This document shows positions 12,918-27,375 of a DNA stretch of 64,000 nt, piece after piece. Source of the stretch: Octopus vulgaris (lineage: Eukaryota); contig OX597818.1 of the NCBI GenBank assembly GCA_951406725.2, positions 40,610,001 to 40,674,000 of the forward strand, in the 5' to 3' direction. How positions within the stretch are numbered: the stretch's first letter is position 1; each line of letters begins with the position of its first letter. The notes under the pieces were generated by a model. The model was given only the letters and a program-made list of their open reading frames with translations, did not search any database and had not been told where the DNA came from. Made by a program: the position numbers and the translations under genes.

Positions 12918-14167
12918 CATACACGCGTACACACACAAACACACACACATACATATATCGATGTACTAAAATAGCCTTCTACATAGAGAGTTCCTTACTT
13001 TTAACCTAATAGACGCATTGAAGCTTAGACGCCAGTTGTATGCCCTTTCTCCTTTCGATTTTAGTGGAAATTAAAACACTAATTCTATTTTACAACAAGC
13101 TTAGTCAAGGATGCATAATTTAAATAGTGGTTTGCAGACACTCACACACACTCCCATGCACACACACATACACACACATATATGCAGAGGGAGAGAGAGG
13201 GGGAGGGAGAAAGTGATCGAGCGAGCAAAAGAGAAGTTTAGCATAGGGACATACAAACGAAAGTATGGAATGCATCAATACATGTCCGAGTGACAAAGAA
13301 ATAAGGAAGGTGTCAGGTGGTTGTGGGATATGCTTGAAACAATAGCTAAATCTCCCTTAAATCACATACGTTTTCGTCACAGAAAATTATTTCGAAATTA
13401 TAAACCGAAACAAATTGCAAATTCGAACTATCTGTATTTTAGAATTATGATCGCAAAAAATAAATTAGAAATAAGCAGAAATTTTGGGATCTATAAGTAA
13501 GGAGGGGGAGGCAGGGGTCAATGGAAAAAAACTTCACCATTATTTACTAATTACGTTTCAGTTTCTGTTTGAAAATAAAGGAATTGGGGGTTGTAATGGC
13601 GATCGCCAATTTTCAAAAACAATTTTTTTAACCGACGAGGCTTCTCCCATCGTTGTAGTACGAACAAAAATAAAGAAAATAGAAAACACTTGGGTAAAGT
13701 CGGTACTGAGAGGTGGAGGGGATGTAGAAAATAATCATAAACTATTATTTTTTTTGCACCATAAAGCCATCTCCCATTGTTTGTAAGTGCGTAGTGCAAA
13801 AATAAAGTAAGGGACAAAATCGGTCAAGAAAGGATGGAAGTGGGGATTCATGAATTTTCTAAAATTTCCTTTCATTCAAAGCTTCCCCTTATCATTTGAA
13901 AGGGTGTGGTAAAAAATATTTTAAAATTCTCGTCAAAACGGAGAAAATCCAACTTATGTGAACGTGCTGTTCCAGAAGTCCAACAAGGCATTTTACTGTG
14001 AAAATTGCAGGGCAACGACGTGATATTCAGCAAATATATATATACACATACACGCGGGGACACACCGCTGCGTGGTCGATTTGCTTATTAGAAATTGGAA
14101 TCAAATTTCTTCCAAATATATATCTATAACTGAAACAAATTTGAACGTAGGTCTACTATAACTAGAT

Positions 14168-14558
14168 GGTGGATGGAAGCACTCCGTCGGTTACGACGAT
14201 GAGGGTTCCGGTTGATCCGAATCAACGGAACAGCCTGCTCGTGAAATTAACGTGTAAGTGGCTGAGCACTCCACAGACACGTGCACCCTTAATGTAGTTC
14301 TCGGGGATATTCAACGTGACACAGAGAGTGACAAGGCCGGCCCTTTGAAATACAGGTACAACAGAAACAGGAAGTAAGAGTGAGAGAAAGTTGTGGTGAA
14401 AGAGTACAGCAGGGATCACCACCATCCCCTGCCGGAGCCTCGTGGAGCTTTTAGGTGTTTTCGCTCAATAAACACTCACAACGCCCGGTCTGGGAATCGA
14501 AACCGCGATCCTATGACCGCGAGTCCGCTGCCCTAACCACTGGGCCATTGCGCCTCCA
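14168..14558 (-). mobile_element. tRNA(Arg)-like-head SINE (OR-type), full length, tail variant B
   Basis: Head GTGGAGGCGCAATGGCCCAGTGGTTAGGGCAGCGGACTCGCG (TCG at the anticodon position). 15-bp TSD CTA(C/T)TATAACTAGAT at 14153 and 14559. Confidence 0.9.
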
Positions 14559-14742
14559 CTATTATAACTAGATATACCTGAAGCTAAACAACAACGTCAA
14601 AGCCATAAACACTCACAACGCCCGGTCTGGGAATCGAAACCGCGATCCTATGACTGCGAGTCCGCTGCCCTAACCACTGGGCCATTGCGCCTCCACTATT
14701 ATAACTAGATATACCTGAAGCTAAACAACAACGTCAAAGCCA
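14468..14742. repeat. 137-bp tandem duplication of SINE head plus flank
   Basis: 14468-14604 is repeated nearly identically from 14605. Confidence 0.9.
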
Positions 14743-14952
14743 TCGTGGAAGTTCCATTTGTCTCTCCAAATCTGTCTCAGGCGACAACCTTGTGTTTTAA
14801 ACATGGAATGATATATTGGATATTTTTGTCGTAGATACTATTTAGAGAACATTTCGGCGATGATAGTTATGAGTGGAATGTCTTTGGTCGTAGGCTTGTT
14901 CGTTCAAAGTCGACCTAAACTAAATAACGACGATGATGATGATGAGGATGAT

Positions 14953-15011
<59 letters not shown>

Positions 15012-15193
15012 TAAAAACAAGAAATACGCAGCAAAAGAATGACATCAACAATAAGGGTTGCAACAAAATAACAATAAATAAAGCAACAGAAATATTTAAA
15101 TTGACATGAGGTCGCGATCAAAGAAAAAGAAAGATAGAATAGTACAATTAGAGAGAGAGACAGAGAGAGAGAGAGACAGACAGACGGAGACAG

Positions 15194-15195
<2 letters not shown>

Positions 15196-15228
<33 letters not shown>

Positions 15229-15325
15229 AAAAAGAAAAAAAGAAAAAAGAAAAAAAGAAAGAAAGAAAGAAAGGAAAAAGAAAGAAAAAAGAAAGAAAGA
15301 AAGAAAGAAAAGAAAGAAAGAATGA

Positions 15326-15365
<40 letters not shown>

Positions 15366-15382
15366 AAAAAAGAAAGAAAGAA
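15196..15382. repeat. (GAAA)n purine-rich tract
   Basis: Direct reading. Confidence 0.9.
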
Positions 15383-15965
15383 ATATAAAATAATAAATAA
15401 TATATAAAATGACAGTTGGAAGCACAGATCATTTTGTGAGAATCTATTGATCGCATTTTCGGTGTATATTTTTAGGTGGCCATCATAAATTTTGTCAGTC
15501 TCCGATTCCTTGTGAGTTATGTTTTCATAAGTAGGTATCAGACTTGTTCTGATGCACTGAGTTCATCGCCTTCGCCGCCAACATCGTAGTTACTTGCTCT
15601 TCCTTCATTTTTCTTTTCTATTTTCGATTTTCATTGTTATATTAACTTCCTTCATATTTGCCTCACATTTACAATAAAATTATCTCAGTGCCGCATTATA
15701 CAAACCTGTTTGAGACTGTTGTAAACACATTGAATGTATTGTATTTTACGATAAGCGACGAAGTATTTACGTGGTAACTTGACCTACAAGAATAAACAAT
15801 TCAATCTCTTTCAAACCCTACCTATATTGTCTTTACATAAAAACACTAGATTATATTGTCCTTCTTGTCCTAAAATACGAAGAAGCTTACTGTTAAACAA
15901 ATTTATTTGTACAGGTCTAGTTAATCAGAATTAAAATGGAGCTAAGTAGTATCAATATCTTTTGT

Positions 15966-16546
15966 AAGGCGGCGAGCTGGCAGAATCGTTAACATGCCAT
16001 GCAAAATGTGGCATTTCGTCCGTCTGTATGTTCTGAGTTCAAATTCCGTCAATATCGACTTTGTCTTTCATTCTTGTGGTGTCCATAAAAAAAAGTATCT
16101 GTTGAGCATAAGGGTCGATGTAATCGACTTAACTCCTCCACCAAAATTTCTGACCTTGTACCAAAATTTGAAACCAAAGGCAGTGAGCTGGCAGTATCGT
16201 TAGCCCGCCGGACAAAATGCTTATTTCGTCCGTCTTAACATTCTGAGTTCAGATTCCGCCAAGGTCAACTTTCATTCTTTCATCCTTTCGAGGTCTATGA
16301 ACAGGGGTTGATGCAGTCGATATATCTCTTTCTCCGAAATCACTGACCTTCATTCACAATTTGAAACCAATACCTTATCTTTCGTGACGACGGCGAGTTA
16401 GCAGAATCGTTAACACAGCGGGGAAATATGATGACAACATTTTTTCCCTTATTTACATTCCGAATTCAAATTCCGCCGAGGGTCGATGTAACAGATTTTC
16501 CCTTCCCCGGAAAATGCTGGCCTTGTTCCACAATTTGAAACCAATA
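15966..16546 (+). mobile_element. Three head-to-tail older family A SINEs
   Basis: Heads at 15966, 16177 and ~16391, each ending TTTGAAACCAA. Confidence 0.75.
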
Positions 16547-18033
16547 TCTTATTATTCGTTGCAATTTCATTCACATTAAAGAAGTATTAAAGGAATTTGA
16601 ATTGGCTCCAGGACTTCTCTGGTACCTTTTATTGCGACCAGAAATGATAACAAGCCAAGTTGACTTGGGAGAGATTTCAACTCAGAATATAATTAAATAT
16701 TCGAGGAGTTTTCTCCGACACTTTATCGACTCTGCCATCTAAAATATGATGAAGTATATAGAGAGAATGGGGTTTGATACATTGATCGTTTTCAACACTT
16801 TAGTCTTTCTTATATTTTTCCAGTGGAAAAAATTACGCTGTGTCCTTTTTCCTCTGTTCCTTTATAACCGTTGCTAAATATTATTCTTATTTCAGTTTGC
16901 TAACAAATGAATGCAGGAATATCAAATAATAGCTACTGAGAGAGTGTAGTAATTCCACATGTAATGTTCGGGTCACGATCATAGATTTATAAGTTCACTT
17001 CCTGGCCGGAGCGACGCGTTGTGTCCTTTAATCAAGGCGCTATATTACACGTTGCTCTATTGTTGGTGCAGCCGTCTCTCCCTCCATGTCACGCTGGAAT
17101 AGTGTGTGTGAATATAGTGAAGGTATTTATGTTTGCTCGCCACTATATAAGCACCTAAGCAAAAGAAGAAAAAAAAACAGTTTAAGTATAATACATGCTA
17201 CCTAGACATACTCACTTGCGAGTGACGGCAATGGTTTGGGTGCTTTAGTATCATAAGAGATTACTGAATTTAATGTTCCCTCTATGCTATTTAGTTATGT
17301 TTCTATCTATAACGTATCACAAAACCCACTAAATGCAGAAGGTCGTTCATATTGTTATGTGCATAAGGAAATTCACTGTATCAAACATACATACAGAGCA
17401 TTAGTATTAACTTGTTATATAGAATGTATTTTCTGTAATGCGGTGTGTTCTCAAATAGTGACGGGTCTCTAGGTAAATACCACGGCTAACATCCAAAGAA
17501 GTTGCCTCTGAGCAAAGACTCTAACCTTACAGTACCTCAACCGAGGAGAATGCACGTTTGGGTGCTATCTCTGGTCTCCAAATTTATCAGCTGATCTTTG
17601 AGTTCTGTACCTAGAAAACTTTTAGTTAAGCAAGGGACCTTGATCTGTTAAAAATAGCTGCTAAGGTGTCCATAAATTTCATTATTGACGTGTGTATAGT
17701 ATTGAACGAAGCATAGAGGATAGTCCCAGATACACTGCCTGAAGAATGCATTTGTTAATATAGTTCTAAATTAAAAGCATAGGCTGGACCTGATTTGAAT
17801 AACTTTGAGAATTCACCTACACGATCAGCCGTGTCCAGGGATTGAACAAGAACGATTCTGGCAACATCAAATTCCCTGCAATTTGAACTATAGTCTCAAA
17901 ACAAAGATTTGCTGCCAGCTGATTAACCTCAAGCCATTACTGCATATTATATATATATATATATATATATATCATAGAAATAGGTTTCAAAGAAAAACGA
18001 CTACACGTGCTGACATACACGCATGCACACACA

Positions 18034-18107
<74 letters not shown>

Positions 18108-18223
18108 ATATCCTCATTATTAATATTTCTGCGAGCTATCTCTGACCTGTCACTTCCATTCTGAAACTGAAACTACGGCAGCATGTGAATCATTGATATA
18201 TATATACATATATATACATATAT

Positions 18224-18287
<64 letters not shown>

Positions 18288-18557
18288 CACATGGAAATGG
18301 TGGGCATGTGTATCTTAACATTGATGCTTATTCATCATGGCGGATGGAGGCCACAGAACCTCTTCTATAGCAACAAAAAAAAACCCTATTGACATAATTT
18401 AGCCATTGTATTAATAATTCTTTGTTTCTTTTCTTTTTGAGCAAAAAAGTACGAATAAACAATATAGAATAAAGAATGGTAACGAATTCTTGTGTTAAAT
18501 AAATGAAAACCTTTGATTATTTTTCTTACTCAGTGGAAAAAAAAAACAGAATATAGA

Positions 18558-18607
<50 letters not shown>

Positions 18608-19228
18608 GCTTTTATTTATTTTGTTATATTTTGAGGTTCGTTTAATTTTGTGTGTTTATCATTATGTTTATCTCATGTTTTCTTATTTATTTATTTGTTT
18701 ATTTATTTATTTATTTATTTATTATTGTTGGTATGATTTGCTCATTAAATGGAGCAAATAAAAAAAGATAGCTAATGAAAAAAAGTAAAGAAACGTGAAA
18801 AATCAATACAATTTGAGTCTAGAAAGGAGAGAAAGGCGAAGAATAAGTTAGCGGAGTAACATGAGAGTGAAAACATGAGAGAGAGGGACAGATAGGAGTA
18901 GAAAGAGAAGGAAAGGGATGATGAGGAATAGGAGAGTTATGGGAAGGAATGATAGAGAAACAGACAGCTGGACGGATATTGTGTGAAAGGAAGTGGAACA
19001 GAGACATACCTAAATAAAGAGGGAGGGAAGGAGAGAGAGCAAGAGGGAGGTAGACAGGCAGAGAGAGAGAGAGAGGTGAGACAGAGACACAGAGAAAGAG
19101 AGAGTGCACAGAGAAACTACAAAGTAAAGGAAGACTAAAATGAAAACTGTACGAAACTACGAAGCTAACCGAAGAGGGATCCTGCATCGTCCGTGGCGAC
19201 GAGCTCAATTCGACAATTATTTATCTAT

Positions 19229-19263
<35 letters not shown>

Positions 19264-19335
19264 TTCAATGGTTCAAATTTGCCTGTAAGTACGTCTATTA
19301 TTAAATGTTATTATCAGCAATAGTATTATGTATTA

Positions 19336-19731
19336 CTAGCAGTATCGCCCGGCGTTGCCCGGGTTTGTAAGGGAAATAACTATATAAGCATTTTTAGAGA
19401 GTTATAGCCAAAAAATAGCAAAAAAATGCATTCAAAATGGAAAAAAAATGATGGTAATTTTTTTTTTAAATCGTTGACTCATCGTAGACATTTTTAGAGA
19501 GTTACTTCCCTTATATAATAGCGAAAAAATGCATTAAAAGGGAAAAAAATTATGGTAATTTTTTTAAAATCGTAGACTCATCGTAGACGCGCGCTAATAC
19601 CCAGAAGAGCTCGATATGAATCACGACTATAAGATACCCGGTTTTGGTTAAACTGCACCGCAAAATGTGGGAGTAGTTAGGAATCTAAATCGTAGGAGAC
19701 AGACACACAACTTGACTTCTATATATAAAGA
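19336..19731 (-). mobile_element. Non-autonomous Helitron
   Basis: Minus strand begins A|TC and ends with hairpin CCCGGGCAACGCCGGG plus CTAG|T. It has an internal ~100-bp tandem duplication. Confidence 0.75.
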
Positions 19732-19842
19732 TAATTAATACTATTACAATCAGTGTTATTTGCATTGTCGTTTTTGCTGTTATTTTCATCACACTGCTGT
19801 TGTAGGGTTTACTGTCTTGTTGCTCCAGATGCAAATAAGAAC

Positions 19843-19978
19843 TTCTTCTTCGCCTTCTTCTTCTTCTTCTTCTTCTTCTTCTTCTTCTTCTTCTTCTTCT
19901 TCTTCTTCTGCTTCTTCTTCTTCTTCTTCTTCTTCTTCTTCTTCTTCTTCTTCTTCTCCTCCTCCTCCTCCTCCTCCA
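19843..19978. repeat. (TTC)n/(TCC)n microsatellite
   Basis: Direct reading. Confidence 0.95.
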
Positions 19979-20216
19979 CATCCTCCTCCTACCTCAGAAA
20001 CCTCAGCACAAATACCTGGCAGCAGCCCATCCGCCTTTACGTTCTGATTTCAAATTTCAACATGGTCGACTTTCTCTTTTATCCTTTCGAGAGGGATAAC
20101 ATGTGTATCAACTGATTCACTGGGGTATATGCGATAGACTACCCCCAACTCACCCGAGAATTTCGAGTCTTGCGTCCCTAGTAGAAAGGACTATTCATTT
20201 CTATGTTTACGCCCTC

Positions 20217-20360
20217 GGGCATATGGCATAGTGGTTAAGAGTACTGGCTACTAACCCCAGGATTCCGAGTTCGATACCAAGCAGTGACCTGAACAATAAC
20301 AATATTAATGATGATGACAATAATAATAATAATACTAACATCGAAATATACCTTAGGAAT
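20217..20360 (+). mobile_element. tRNA-derived SINE head (family D)
   Basis: A-box TGGCATAGTGG and B-box GAGTTCGATACC; no intact acceptor stem. Confidence 0.55.
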
Positions 20361-20379
20361 TGTGCCTATATTAGAAAGG

Positions 20380-20414
<35 letters not shown>

Positions 20415-20436
20415 TATTATTATTATTATTATTATA

Positions 20437-20520
<84 letters not shown>

Positions 20521-20521
20521 A

Positions 20522-20734
20522 GGGCGGTGAACTGGCAGAATCGTTAGCACACTGAACGAAATGCTTAGCGCTATTTCTCCCGTCGCTACGTCCTGAGTTC
20601 AAAATTCGCCGAGGTCAACTTTACCTTTCATATTTTCGAGGTCGATAAATTAAGTACCAGTTACGCACTGGGGTCGATGTAATCGATTAACCTCCCTCCC
20701 CCAAATTTCTGTCCTTGTGCCTATAGTAGTAAGG

Positions 20735-20766
<32 letters not shown>

Positions 20767-20980
20767 GAAGGCGACCTGCCAGAATCATTAGTGCATCGAA
20801 CAAAACGCTAAGTGTATTTCTTTCGGCTCTTAACGTTCTGAGTTCAAATACCTAGACGGCTATCTTTGCCTTTCATCTTTTCGGGGTCGATGAAATAAAG
20901 TACAGGCCAAATAGTGGAGTCGATGTAATAGACTTACCCCCTCCACTCAAAATTCTTGGCCTTTGTCTCAAAACTGGAAG
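20522..20980 (+). mobile_element. Two family A SINE variants with (ATT)n tails
   Basis: Heads at 20522 and 20768 with GAGTTCAAA B-boxes. Confidence 0.75.
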
Positions 20981-21106
20981 GAATTATTATTGTTATTGTT
21001 ATTGCTGTGTTCTCTTCTTGTTATTGCTGTATCTTGTTTTGGAGTCATCCTCATCATCGTCATCGCCTCACCGCCATTATTGTGGTTGCTGCTCCTGCTG
21101 GCCCTG

Positions 21107-21149
21107 TTGTTGTTGTTGTTATTATTATTATTATTATTACTATTATTAC

Positions 21150-21188
<39 letters not shown>

Positions 21189-21205
21189 CATCATCATCAT
21201 CATCA

Positions 21206-21263
<58 letters not shown>

Positions 21264-21289
21264 CATCATTATTATTATTATTATCATCA

Positions 21290-21348
<59 letters not shown>

Positions 21349-21359
21349 GTTATTATTAC

Positions 21360-21410
<51 letters not shown>

Positions 21411-21476
21411 CATTATTATTATTACTATTATTATTATTATCATTATTATTATTATTATTATCATTATTATTATTAC

Positions 21477-21534
<58 letters not shown>

Positions 21535-21578
21535 GCTGTTGTTGTTGTTGTTGTTGTTGTTGTTTTTGTTGTTGTTGT
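21107..21578. repeat. Long (ATT)n/(ATC)n/(GTT)n trinucleotide array
   Basis: Direct reading. Confidence 0.95.
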
Positions 21579-22318
21579 CAGCGATTGATATTTCTTTGAC
21601 ATTCTTCGACCTGCCAATATCATCAAGGCAGCTCATGACACAGGTTCAGAAGATCAGGAGGTGAATTGAAAACGCATGGTTACACACACATACGCACACA
21701 CACACACACACACACACACATGCACGCACACACGCACGCACACACACACGTACGCACGCACATGCACGCGCATACACACATACACCCAAACAGCACACAC
21801 ACACACACACGTGTGTATAGACAACGCATTCACATACACGCTTGCTCATGCAATTTTACACATATACAGACAAAAGTGTGTGTGCGGGTGTGCGCGCACG
21901 CGCTTATGTGTCTCTACAGTGTGTAATTTATGCGTACAAACACACACACACACAAACACACAACCACGAAACACACACACACACACACAAATACACACAC
22001 ATACACACAACACACAAACACACATACACATCCAAACAGCATACACAGATATTTAGTCACAACACACTTACAAACATGCTTACACACGCAATTTAAACTC
22101 TCGCACGCACACATATACCCACAAAGGTGTGTGTGTGTGTGTGTGTGTGCTTACGTGTCTCTACAGCGTGTAATTTATGCGTGCAAAAGATATGCGTATG
22201 TGTTTCTGTGTCAGCATGTTTATATGTAGTTTTGTGTGTATGCCTGTTAGCAGAAACGCTTCAGTGCGTGTGTATGCGTGTGCTGCCTGATATGTGTTAC
22301 TGAATTTGTGCAGTATTT

Positions 22319-22352
<34 letters not shown>

Positions 22353-22683
22353 ATGCGTGTGTTTAGTAGATGTGGGCATTGTGTCTCATTCACTGATATG
22401 CGACCCTCTGTACGTATGTTGGTGTGTGTGTGTGTGTGAGTTTTCATGTGTGAATCTGTGTGTATGTATGTTTATATGAGTGTATATGCAATTTGCAAGG
22501 TGTTTAATTTGTTTAACTCCAAATTTGTATCTTTGTGCGTATGTTTGCATGCATGTTATTACACACACACACACACACTCACACATACACACACACACAA
22601 ACATACACATATACCTACTCAGATACATAAACACGCATACACGCACTTGCGAGCACTCACACAGACACAAACACACACACACA

Positions 22684-23452
22684 TAGCGGTTGTCCTAAAA
22701 GTCACTGATGGGTTTCAATTTTTAATAACTTCCTTAACTCTACAAATAAATGCATGAAATTTTGATACAATATAAAGGACATAACGGAAATTAGTATGCC
22801 CAAGTCAAAATTTGCAACACCGCTACATCACATATGAAAAATGACATTGCTTAAATGGCATCTATTTTCGGCTCCGCACGCCCATGCTCTTTCAAAAACT
22901 TGCATCATAACACCCTCAAGAATTTCAGACCCTACCTCTCTATTGATGTTTTCCTTCAGTTGCATAAGGGTCCCCTATTTGTTGACGTAAACCCCCTCTT
23001 TCAGATATCCCCACAAGAAAAAAATCCAGGCGAGTCAAGTCTGGGGAATGTGAAGGCCAGTTGACATTGCATTAGGAGAGATTATTCGCTCTCCAAAGCA
23101 CTGCCGTAGCAACTGCATTGTTTTTCTTGTGGTATGAGCAGTTGCACCATCTTGCTGGAACCATGTGTGAGGTCTACGTTGAATGGCTATCACGTTCCCC
23201 ACACTTGATTAGCCCTGAATTTTTCTTGTGGGAATAGCTGAAAAAGGTCAAAAAACAGGAGACCCTGGTGCAACTGAAGAACATCAATAGAGAAATCAGA
23301 GAAGTGGGGTCTCAGAGAAGTGGAGTCTGAAATTCTTGAGGGTGTTATGGTGCAAGTTTTTGAAAGAGCACGGGCGTATGAAGCTGAAAATGGCTGCCAT
23401 TTAAGCGATGGCAAAAATTGAAACTCATCAATGACTTTTGGAACACCCTGTA
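22684..23452. mobile_element. Tc1/mariner (DD41D rosa-like) derivative made of two inverted 3' ends
   Basis: TIRs TA(C/G)..GG.TGT.C.AAAAGTCA.TGATG.GTTTCAATTTTT. Minus strand encodes WFQQDGATAHT..FGERIIS..NWPSHSPDLTRLDFFLWGYLKE. 22850-23053 is the inverse of 23191-23404. Confidence 0.8.
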
Positions 23453-23499
23453 TTTGCATGGTTATGCAGTCTCCAGAAGTTTTAAAAGTTTTTCAGGAA

Positions 23500-23665
23500 A
23501 GACATTTATTAACAGTAAATTATAACAAAATTCTGATCTACTTCAATGTATGATTCTCTGACTTCACTTGCAGTAGCGCTCCAGTCAGTTCGTGAAGACC
23601 CCATGAAAGTCTTCCAAAGTTAACTTGTCCAAGACACCTATCACACCCTCCTTCATCTCCTTCAT
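23500..23665 (-). pseudogene. Mariner transposase C-terminal relic
   Basis: KEMKEGVIGVLDKLTLEDFHGVF..LERYCK. Confidence 0.6.
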
Positions 23666-23889
23666 CTGGGTGAAACCAAAAGGATTGTTGAAAAGGTGAA
23701 GAATACTTTTGATGCCTATCTCTGTCAAGTAGTTGGTTACCGTGTGAACTGCAGCATTGACCCAGTCCAGGTGCTATGGCCATTTGATTTTAACGCTCAT
23801 GGCTCGAATGATATTCGCTGTCCACTCACATTAGATGTACTCTTTTACACCACTTTTCTCATCAGACGCAGTCGTGTGTTGAACTTCGG

Positions 23890-24280
23890 GTCTCCGCCCA
23901 TGACTGCTAATCCATTTCTTTATGTCGATGGCTACCTTTACCTCTGTCCACTTCTTTCTCTTTCTACAGTTCCTGAAATGATTGTTTTTTTAAGGTCATT
24001 GGATGTTTTTGCTTAACCATAATGTTTCAGCTTTATTTCCACCTTATTATCTTGAGAACATTTTCATAGAGTCAAAAGCGTTTTGAATGTTTTGTCCATT
24101 CACTCATTCCTGGTATTGTTCAAGCACAAGCTGTCTGAAAGGTTACGGGAGAAAACCATTTCCAATGCCTTTATCTTCCTCTGAATCTCTGAATCTCGAA
24201 ATTTCATGTCTTGCATTCATACACGACGTATTGCGCATGCGTCTCAGTCTGTTGTTCATGATGATGGTACTTACCTCCCT
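23890..24280 (-). pseudogene. RTE-like LINE ORF C-terminal relic
   Basis: IQRKIKALEM...KLKHYG..DLKKTIISGTVERERSGQR..DIKKW resembles an RTE C-terminus. Confidence 0.55.
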
Positions 24281-25852
24281 TTTTCTGGTTTAACCTCAGT
24301 TAGTGCAGTAATAGCCTGCACGTATGTATGCGTGTATGTATATATGTATGAACAAACACATACACACACATATATATATATATATTTGTTTATGTGTGAG
24401 CGTGCGTGCGTGTGCTTGAATATGTATAAATAATTATGTGTATGTCTATATATATATATATGTATATATGTAAGTATTTTTATCAAGTTTGTCATGTCCC
24501 CGCATGTGTTTCACGATAAAATATCATCTTACATATTGGGGAGCTTTTACAAATAACATAGCACGCGTGTGTGTATGTGCGCACGCGCGTATTTGAAGTG
24601 TCTCTTGATGTAGTATGGGAGAGAAAAGGAAGAAAGGGAAAGACAGTGTTAAACTATTCTTTTTGGACAGATGTCCATAGTTTACTCTTATAGATATGCT
24701 ATGGCTGCCTTGGAGTTTATTTATTTGTTTATCGCACTGGAGCTACTTTCGTGGAATATTGGACATAATAAACCATGCTTGTCGTCTTATTTTCAGACCA
24801 TCTCATCTATGTTATATCGCTAACATCTTTTGTTCGACTTATCCTTTCTTGTTCATTCGATCTTTTCTATTTCTCTCCGTCTCTCTTCTTGTTTTTTTTT
24901 TTTATTTTTCTCATTTTTTTCTTTATTTTGTCCTATATGGATCCGCCATTACTTCTTATTATTATTCGGTTTCCTATTTCGTTCTCTCTAATTGCTGTTG
25001 AATATTCCACTCCTATCTGAAGTAGTTTCTATTTAACAATAACAACAACAACAAGAAACAAAAATAATGAAAAAGGAGAAAAGACAGAAACATACAGAAG
25101 AAAACAGAATGTCTTATTTTCTTCATTCGCTCTCTTTTAAAAAATTTATGACCGCGTATATTGAGACTGTCTAGCTTTCATCCAGCTTGGCTACTTTCAC
25201 TTTCGTTTCTAATTTATTTTTTCCCTCCCCCATCCTTCGCTTACTCTCACTTCTTTTGCTATTTATCAGGTCTTGTCTTAATCCATCTTTCCGTTTTCTA
25301 TATATTCAGCCTTATTTCAATTTCTTTTTCTATTTTCTATTCTATATCCTATTACAACCCGAAACGATCTATCTTTCTTTAACCTCTTTCATTATTACTC
25401 TTTATCATTCATAAATGCAAAAGCATATTTTATTGTTTTTAAACAATAAAATATTTGAATATCGATCTATAAATGGTTCCTGTCTATTTTCTTTTATTTC
25501 TTTTTCTTGTTATGTGGTTTTATTTTTTCTTTTCCATTATTTTCAATTGGATAGTCACTTCTAGTATTCCTATAAAAATGATTTACAATAATTAATTCCT
25601 ACTAGCGTTACATTTTCCTGGTTGCAACGTAAATTGTTATAAACCAATTGAAATCTTAATAAGATATTTCACCGAACAACAATTCAGTCTGTGAAACAAG
25701 GGTAAGATTCTCATCTATCCTTCGTTTGTCAGTCGGTCAACATACGCAAACACGCATGTATATACATACGTACTTGTGCATGTATGCATGTATGTACGTA
25801 TGAATGTATATATGAATGTGTGTGTGTATGTGCCAGTCTGTCTGTCTGTCCG

Positions 25853-25892
<40 letters not shown>

Positions 25893-25978
25893 CATATACG
25901 TATACATACATATATATATATATTTATTTTATTTTATTTTATCTAGTTTCAGCTCACGAGCTGTGGCCATGCTGGGGC

Positions 25979-26012
<34 letters not shown>

Positions 26013-26439
26013 ATTATTTAATAAACAAAGTATATAATTCCATGAGCTACTAATTGTTACATGCGAAGAAAAACAACTCAGACAACATTTTATAACACGT
26101 ATGATGTCTTCGTGTAATTCTCAGTTTCTGCTCAGTTGGCATAACAAACTAAAACAAGACGACAGGATAAGAGAAAATACGAGAAAGGGCGAGAAGGAAG
26201 TAGATGTAAAAGTTGGGATATTGAAAACACTGGAAAACGAAAGACAGAAAAAAGAAAGAGGAGATGAAATAGAGTTCTGTCCTCTATGACCGTCAAGCCA
26301 TAAGGCTGAATGGATCGGGGCCTAGAATCTGCGGTACAGCTGCTCAATCAGGAGAGGATGATATTTTCCAATTCATCAACAGGAACTTATCCATATATTT
26401 ACATCTGCTAAAATCACAGTTCTGGAATTCAGCAGTTTG

Positions 26440-27185
26440 GTGGAGTTCTTATATCTGAAGATGATCTGTGTACTTTCAGCTACGCATAGCTAACGTTTTT
26501 TCTTTTTTGATCCGTTGACAAGTTGCGTGGGTTTTTTGCAATTATTTGCCACTTAACTGTACGTGGTGTGGTGTTAGACGTCAAACTCCATACGTGGCTA
26601 GCCAACTTAATCATTTTAGTTTTATCCCTGTGTCGGAAGGAAGAAATGTGGCTAGCGTAGCAATTTTTGAAGTCACCTTCACATAGCCGAATGTAGCTTT
26701 TCTTTTCGGTTTTGTTATCATTTAACGTTGTTGTGACTTAAGCCCCTTATATGACAGAATTAATCAAGCATCCTCATCGCGAGCACAGGTTCCTGGGTTT
26801 GGAGAGTTTCAACTGGGAGTAGGCTCATGGTGGTTTTTGCGTGCGATGATGCTCTTCATATTGGAGTAGAACTATATGATAATTTGACTGGGTGCCTGTT
26901 GAATATAGTTTTCTGTACTTGTGATTTACCGGAAAATGTTTGTCTAAGAGAGACAGGAGTCTGTTAGCTATGTTGGTTCTAACACTAAATAGGAGGGGTG
27001 GGGTGAACCAAATCATTCTCCTAGATCTAATTTTAGGTCTATTTTTATTTTTCGTATTATTACTAGACCGGTTGTACATTAATTCATCATTAAAGCCACT
27101 TTTGGCTAAAGCATTGTCGTAATAGGGTGTTGGCGTCTCCACAATATTTTTAGAGGAAGAGAGGTGTTTATCAAATAATATTTAT
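26440..27185 (-). pseudogene. Penelope-like element (Naiad-type) RT thumb, linker and GIY-YIG relic
   Basis: YYDNALAKSGF..RSRRMIWFTPP..VRTNIANRLLSLLDKHFP..MKSII..TCAR..CLINSVI..SYIRLCEGDFKNCYASHISSFRH..LASHVWSL..VKWQII. Confidence 0.85.
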
Positions 27186-27277
27186 CTCCCACTAGATGGA
27201 GTACATTTTATCACGGAACTGTACACTATATATACATACACACACACATACATATAAATTTATTATATATACTACAG

Positions 27278-27308
<31 letters not shown>

Positions 27309-27339
27309 ATATACATATATATAATATATTATATATGCA

Positions 27340-27375
<36 letters not shown>

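Noticed and set aside
20956-21664. Poly-I/L/N/Y ORFs of ~200 aa
   Set aside because: (ATT)n array open in several frames on both strands.
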